The translations under genes and the position numbers were made by a program. The notes beneath the pieces are model-generated. The model made no database searches. It saw only the letters and a program-made list of their open reading frames with translations, and was not told where the DNA came from. DNA of 64,000 nucleotides, from contig JASFYY010000022.1 in assembly GCA_045046875.1 (NCBI GenBank), forward strand, positions 32,376 to 96,375, read 5' to 3'. This stretch comes from Verrucomicrobiota bacterium. GTDB taxonomy: Bacteria; Verrucomicrobiota; Verrucomicrobiia; Verrucomicrobiales; DEV007. Positions 58,994 through 64,000 of the stretch are shown piece by piece (position 1 is the stretch's first letter; every line of letters begins with the position of its first letter).

Positions 58994-60529
58994 TCACCCA
59001 CCCAAAATCCGCGCCATCACCTCCGGAGAAACCCTTTCATAAGTTCGATAAGAATCCGCAGCACCCTCTAGCACCTTAACAAACGCCTCGTTCCCTTCCG
59101 GTCGGTCAAAATCAAAACCCAGCAGAGCATGGCCCACCCGCTCACCGGAATAAACATAGTTAAAATAACAAAGGTTGGCGTGAGCACTCACCGTGCTCAG
59201 AAAACTCGCCAGAGCGCCTGGACGTTCATGAAATTCCAACTTAATAAAAAACGGTGACTGCAGCAATTCCGCCTCATAGTGAATCAGTCGGAAATCCACA
59301 TCCGTTTCCGCAGTCACTTCACTGAAATGATAATCCTGTGAGCGCAGCGTCTGGATCAACAGCTCGTATTGCATCGGGGATGCATTAAAACCGACCACCG
59401 GATGCGCGCAGTTTGCATGGGTTTTACCATATTGAAAATCAACAATATTCAATCCCTCCGGCAAAGACTCTAACAGCGCCAACATCGAACCCGCTTTTTC
59501 CGAAATCTCGATCCTCAACAAACGGCGACGTGTATCACCCGCCGCCGCCTCACGTGAAATCAGCGCCAGCTTTTCAAAATCCATGTTCGCTCCGCACAAC
59601 ACACTCAACACCCGCTTTCCTACCAGGTCCTCACGCCGCTGGAGAATCGCCGCCACCCCCATTGCTCCCGATGGCTCTGGAATACAGCGTAATTTTTCCC
59701 ACAAAAACTGAATCGCTGAAGAAACCTCTTCATTGCTCACCGTCATCCATTCATCGATCACCTCCGCACACACCTGGTGAGTGAGCTTACCCGCTTTACG
59801 CACCGCCGTGCCATCACAAAAAAGATCCATGTTTTCCAATTCCACCGGATGCCCCGCACTCACCGCCGCAGCCATCGAAGCTTGGCCAACGCCCTCGACT
59901 CCAATGATGCGAATCTCAGGAAAGTGCATCTTCAACCAAATCGCCGTGGCCGCCGCCATACCACCTCCGCCCACTTGAAGAAAGGCGTAATCAAAAGGCC
60001 CCTGTCCCGACATCACAATCTCATCCGCCAAGGTTCCCTGCCCCGCCATCACCGCTATATCGTCGTAGGCGTGGATATAGGTCAGCTGTTTGTCGACGCC
60101 ACAAGCATGAGCTGCCTTGCTCGCAGCATCGTAAGTATCCCCATGCAGACGGATTTCCACATGACTGCCGCCATGTTGTTCGACCGCGAGTTGTTTCATT
60201 CGTGGAGTCGATAGCGGCATATAAATAATCGCCTGAGTGCCAAGTTTACGTGCCGCCAAAGCCACCCCTTGCGCATGGTTGCCCGCAGAAGCCGTGACCA
60301 CCCCGCAGGCCAATTGCTCTGCACTCAACTGTGCCATGCAATTGTAGGCCCCTCTCCACTTGTAGGCATGAATCGCAGAGAGGTCTTCACGTTTGACCAG
60401 AATACTCAGCTCAGGATCACTCAATTCAATTTCATCCAAAGGCGTGGCTTGCCCCACTTCATAAACCCGTCGTCGGGCAAAAAGAACTTCGCGGCGCAAG
60501 GTGCGGATGAGTGAATCGGAATCTGACAT
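58994..60529 (-). CDS. ilvA: Threonine ammonia-lyase, biosynthetic
   Basis: [31 protein letters not shown]; two C-terminal regulatory repeats (EKAGS, ERPGAL). Confidence 0.92.
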   Translation of the reverse strand: MSDSDSLIRTLRREVLFARRRVYEVGQATPLDEIELSDPELSILVKREDLSAIHAYKWRGAYNCMAQLSAEQLACGVVTASAGNHAQGVALAARKLGTQAIIYMPLSTPRMKQLAVEQHGGSHVEIRLHGDTYDAASKAAHACGVDKQLTYIHAYDDIAVMAGQGTLADEIVMSGQGPFDYAFLQVGGGGMAAATAIWLKMHFPEIRIIGVEGVGQASMAAAVSAGHPVELENMDLFCDGTAVRKAGKLTHQVCAEVIDEWMTVSNEEVSSAIQFLWEKLRCIPEPSGAMGVAAILQRREDLVGKRVLSVLCGANMDFEKLALISREAAAGDTRRRLLRIEISEKAGSMLALLESLPEGLNIVDFQYGKTHANCAHPVVGFNASPMQYELLIQTLRSQDYHFSEVTAETDVDFRLIHYEAELLQSPFFIKLEFHERPGALASFLSTVSAHANLCYFNYVYSGERVGHALLGFDFDRPEGNEAFVKVLEGAADSYRTYERVSPEVMARILGG

Positions 60530-60660
60530 GATAACCCATGAACTTTAACCCCAAGGCTATTGTGAGCAAGCCGCAGATTGATATCATATAAACGGCAACT
60601 TATGAAACCTCCCGTACACTCCCTTCTTGACCCAAGCCCCGCTTACCGCCTATTTACCCC

Positions 60661-62106
60661 ATGTTCAAAAATATCCTCTACCTGATCGCTTTGACCACTC
60701 TCATCTCCTCCACCTGCCAGGCACCCGCCCAAACCCTGAGTTCCTCATGGATCGATCCGGCCCGCATCATGGTGATCCACAACACGGTCAAAATGGACAG
60801 CGTTGATCCTGCCGAGCCCGACAGCTTCAGTCGCGACATCGGAGCATGGTATATGCAGGCCTACGGCATGCCGGCCAAACACCTCTTCCCCTACGATATG
60901 GGAAAAAAAGTCCGCTGGAATAATCCCGGCGCCTTCGACTTTCTGCAAGCTGTCGCTGATTACATCGAGAAAAACCAGATCCAAATCGTGCTGATGGCAC
61001 CCGGCACCCCGCTGATCATCCGCGACATTAATAACAAAGCCGACCTCGCCCTCGACAGCCTCGCCGGACATGCCTTGTGGTTTGCCAAAATCAAAAAAGA
61101 AGCCCCCACCTGTCAGGACGCTCGTTCCATCGCGCCGGAAAACACCAATCTCTATTTCCCCTACCTCGACATGGGCGACGGCGCCAGCCCCTTTATTTCC
61201 CGCAGTAAAGACGCGCGCCGCTGGTGCCCCGACGGCGGCACCCTCATCGGTGACCGCCAATGGTATCAAGCCATGGGCAAAGACCTGCGCGACCACCCCT
61301 CGCTGCGCCCCTTCGGTCGCATTGGCCTGCCCTATTACCTCGAAGCATTTCCTAGCAAAAAAGTAAGCGGACTGGATAACTCATCCCTCGACATCCCGCT
61401 GGAAAATTCCGCTTTTGTCAAAAAACTCGTCACCGCAGGCATCGCCGCCTCCACCTCCATTCGCGCCTTCAACCAACAGCAGCAACGCAGCCTGCTCTTT
61501 TACGGGCGTGAGAACAATACCGCATCCTTCATCGACGTCGAGTCAGCCCTCTGCGAAGCCATGGCTCAAGACGCCATCCAACAAGGCATCCAACCCTCCC
61601 GCATGGTGCGTATCTCTCCACGCAGCGGCGCCTGGGATCCCCAGTGCTGCCTGCCCGAACCCAAATGGGACTACAGCAACGAACAATTCCAACAAGGCAG
61701 CATCCGCCCCGCCATCAATCCCCTCATCTTCGCCGGCGGCGGTGTCGGCAACATCACTGAAGCGGTCAAACCCTGGCCAAAAAACCTCGACGTGCAACCC
61801 GGCCTGCTCGCCACCGCCTCAGTCAGCAACGGCAAAGCCTTTTCCGGATCCCTGCTGCGCCGCGGCGCCACCACCATGATCGTCAACCTCCACCATCCGC
61901 AGAACTCGCGCCTGCACGGATGGCTCAACGTCTTCCGCCACATCATCGGCGGCGCCACCGTCGCCGAAGCCATGATCTCCGGTGGCGGCACCGAACGCGG
62001 CGGCTACATCACCGGCAGCATCTGGGGCGACCCCCTCTACGCCCCCTTCGGAAAAAATGAAAATAAAATAGCGAGCTTCATTGGAGAAAAAATATCGACG
62101 GAATAA
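60661..62106 (+). CDS. Secreted TIGR03790-like protein (divergent)
   Basis: Signal peptide; PARIMVIHN, IGAWY...YGMPAKHL, GATVAEA, WGDPLYAPF. Confidence 0.65.
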   Translation: MFKNILYLIALTTLISSTCQAPAQTLSSSWIDPARIMVIHNTVKMDSVDPAEPDSFSRDIGAWYMQAYGMPAKHLFPYDMGKKVRWNNPGAFDFLQAVADYIEKNQIQIVLMAPGTPLIIRDINNKADLALDSLAGHALWFAKIKKEAPTCQDARSIAPENTNLYFPYLDMGDGASPFISRSKDARRWCPDGGTLIGDRQWYQAMGKDLRDHPSLRPFGRIGLPYYLEAFPSKKVSGLDNSSLDIPLENSAFVKKLVTAGIAASTSIRAFNQQQQRSLLFYGRENNTASFIDVESALCEAMAQDAIQQGIQPSRMVRISPRSGAWDPQCCLPEPKWDYSNEQFQQGSIRPAINPLIFAGGGVGNITEAVKPWPKNLDVQPGLLATASVSNGKAFSGSLLRRGATTMIVNLHHPQNSRLHGWLNVFRHIIGGATVAEAMISGGGTERGGYITGSIWGDPLYAPFGKNENKIASFIGEKISTE

Positions 62107-62166
62107 TATTTGCTTCTATTTACACCTTCAATACCACTATCTCGAGTAGACCATTCTTCACAGCCA

Positions 62167-62697
62167 TTAAATTGACACCAAAATACATTGACGCAAAATT
62201 CCAGGCGCATTCCATCCTTTTTTAAAACCCTCAACTGAAAGGCTCCCACCTTCCGCATACGGAAGTAACAGTCGCCGTTCTTCTTGTCCTATTAACGGAG
62301 AAATATGAGCTTCACCATTTGGTAAATCATATAGAACTATGGCCACGTAACCCTTATCCACGAACGTCAACAATCGCCGGATTGAAATAGCGGCGCTCAC
62401 AAAAACACCGTTACGTTCAGCTGACCGATAGGATTGTTTTTCCCAGTAATGCGGAGAAGCGTCAGCCTCTGTATAAAACGAAACCTGTAGGCCAAATTTG
62501 CGTAACGCCAGAGCGAGGCAGATCATGAATGTTCCATTTTTCTTAGAATACCGGCACGCCTTGACGATTCGTGAAGGCGAAACCGGTTTTTTGAAATAGT
62601 TTAACACCATCCACGCAGACACAGGACCACACCCACCCTCCAAGTTATGGATCAGTTTCGGTATCTTCAATGACAAAAAATCAGTTCCCAAAATCAT
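62167..62697 (-). CDS. Stand-alone C39-like papain-fold peptidase
   Basis: GGCGPVSAWMVLNYF, GT...L, later H (EAHISPLIG), F.K.W near the C-terminus. Confidence 0.72.
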   Translation of the reverse strand: MILGTDFLSLKIPKLIHNLEGGCGPVSAWMVLNYFKKPVSPSRIVKACRYSKKNGTFMICLALALRKFGLQVSFYTEADASPHYWEKQSYRSAERNGVFVSAAISIRRLLTFVDKGYVAIVLYDLPNGEAHISPLIGQEERRLLLPYAEGGSLSVEGFKKGWNAPGILRQCILVSI

Positions 62698-62774
62698 CTG
62701 ACTCTAAGTTTGTCTTGCCTATCCGTGTTCACTATCATTTTTTTTCTTACATCCATGAACCGTTTTCGTCCTCT

Positions 62775-62797
62775 TATTCGTGTTTATTAGTGTCCAT
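62775..62797. repeat. 10-nt-periodic interspersed repeat, partial copy 3
   Basis: TATTCGTGTTTATTAGTGTCCAT. Confidence 0.6.
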
Positions 62798-62814
62798 CTT
62801 GACGCGCCATAACT

Positions 62815-63729
62815 TCAGCGGCGGCGGTTAGTGGTTACCCTCGCTCCCCCTCCCTCCAACAAAGCCACCAAATCCAACAAACCCTCCGTCTCCGCCTCCT
62901 TCCCCCACACCGCCGATGAAACCAAAGTGAACTTCGGCCGTTTCAGCTTAACAAAAATCATTCGCGCATGTGGCAGTTCATCCAGATCCGCAGGCACCAA
63001 TGCCACCCCCGAACCAGCCCCCACCAAAGCCAGCAATTCGGACAATCCTTCCGCCCGAATCGAGATCTTCGGGTCGATGCCCACCCGACGGCACATTTCC
63101 TTCATCATCTCCCGCCGGCCGGGGAAGTTTTTTTCATGCAGGCTCAAAAAAACGTCATCAGCCAACTCCGCCAAATCAATCGACTTGCGCCCAGCCAATC
63201 GGTGCCCCTCCGGCAAAGCCACTGCCACCGCCACTTTGCGAATAGCCTGCACCTGGAAATCACGTTTTAACCCAGGACATGCACTGCCCAGCAGAGCCAG
63301 GTCGATCTCCCCCTTACGTAAAGCTTTCTCCTGCTGAAGCGGTGTCATTTCATGAATTTGCACACAAACCTGACTCTGCTGCTGGTTAAAACGATGCATC
63401 GCTTCTGCCAAAAAACCGGTCAAAGCCGTGGGAATGTATCCCACCTTCAGTAATGACAGGGTTTCACTCTCAGCAAAGTGGTGCATCGCCTGCAGCAAGC
63501 CTTTTTCCTGCCGTAGAATCTGCCGGGCATGGACCAAAGCCGCATGCCCGGCTTCCGTCAGGCTCAGCCCATTGCGTTCACGCTCGAACAACGCAGCACC
63601 CAACTCATCCTCCAGATCATGAATCTGCCGAGACACCGCCGGTTGTGAAATATTAAGCCGCGCCGCCGCCCGGCTGATATTCTCCTCCTCAGCAACCATC
63701 ACAAAATATCTCAAATGCCTCAATTCCAT
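62815..63729 (-). CDS. LysR-type transcriptional regulator
   Basis: MELRHLRYF, AARLNISQPAVSRQIHDLE, LFER, LTEAG. Confidence 0.96.
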   Translation of the reverse strand: MELRHLRYFVMVAEEENISRAAARLNISQPAVSRQIHDLEDELGAALFERERNGLSLTEAGHAALVHARQILRQEKGLLQAMHHFAESETLSLLKVGYIPTALTGFLAEAMHRFNQQQSQVCVQIHEMTPLQQEKALRKGEIDLALLGSACPGLKRDFQVQAIRKVAVAVALPEGHRLAGRKSIDLAELADDVFLSLHEKNFPGRREMMKEMCRRVGIDPKISIRAEGLSELLALVGAGSGVALVPADLDELPHARMIFVKLKRPKFTLVSSAVWGKEAETEGLLDLVALLEGGGARVTTNRRR

Positions 63730-63737
63730 AATTAGAT

Positions 63738-63777
63738 ATAACTAAAAGGCATAGCTACCCCAAAAACAAGGTATTGG
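63738..63777. promoter_or_regulatory. Putative LysR binding sites in the divergent promoter
   Basis: ATAACTAAAAGGCAT fits T-N11-A next to the lysR start, followed by AAACAAGGTATTGG as a possible second site. Confidence 0.55.
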
Positions 63778-63809
63778 TCAATAAAAGACAAATGCTCCAG
63801 ACTGGGGTC

Positions 63810-64000
63810 ATGAAAAATCAAGCACAGCCCATTCTGAACAAACGTCCGGCCGGAGAACGAGGTCAAGCCAGGCATAGTTGGTTGCACGCCCGTTTCACTT
63901 TTTCCTTTGCCGAATACTTCGACCCCGATCACATGGGTTTCAAATCATTAAGGGTGATGAACAACGACACCATCCAGCCGGGCGGAGGTTTTCCAAAACA
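63810..64000 (+). CDS. Pirin family protein (YhhW-like), truncated at window end
   Basis: Not in the ORF track. Manual translation: MKNQAQPILNKRPAGERGQARHSWLHARFTFSFAEYFDPDHMGFKSLRVMNNDTIQPGGGFPK. Confidence 0.92.
   Translation, partial: MKNQAQPILNKRPAGERGQARHSWLHARFTFSFAEYFDPDHMGFKSLRVMNNDTIQPGGGFPK

Noticed and set aside
63732..63932. 66-aa minus-strand ORF
   Set aside because: Antisense to the pirin gene starting at 63810 and overlapping the LysR promoter.

Overview
Chromosomal segment of a bacterium that looks like a member of Verrucomicrobiota/PVC. This is inferred from the sulfatases, an ECF sigma plus Ser/Thr kinase-SUMF1 pair, a TIGR03790-like protein and PVC-style hypothetical proteins. 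It holds about 50 densely packed genes: dapL (partial), prfB, recO, lptF/G-like, glgP, an FKBP PPIase, znuACB-like, trpB, ilvA, an M32 carboxypeptidase, an alpha-2-macroglobulin-pbpC operon, and a LysR/pirin pair at the right edge. No rRNA, complete tRNA, CRISPR array, transposase, integrase or prophage is evident. Most notable observations: (1) a CYP152 peroxygenase with a twin-arginine-like export signal; (2) a FIST(NosP-like) + stand-alone cNMP-domain + nitrobindin + mini-PLD cluster that could be a heme/NO sensing module; (3) a Ser/Thr kinase whose Gly-rich loop lies upstream of any canonical start codon, implying ATA/ATC initiation or an error; (4) a tail-to-tail pair of paralogous secreted proteins; (5) a ~120-nt palindromic MITE-like element, GTAG REP-like hairpins and a 10-nt-periodic interspersed repeat; (6) several apparently leaderless promoters; (7) a prfB lacking the +1 frameshift; (8) a pseudo-hydrolase with Ser replaced by Met at the nucleophile. 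All family calls come from motif recognition, not database searches.
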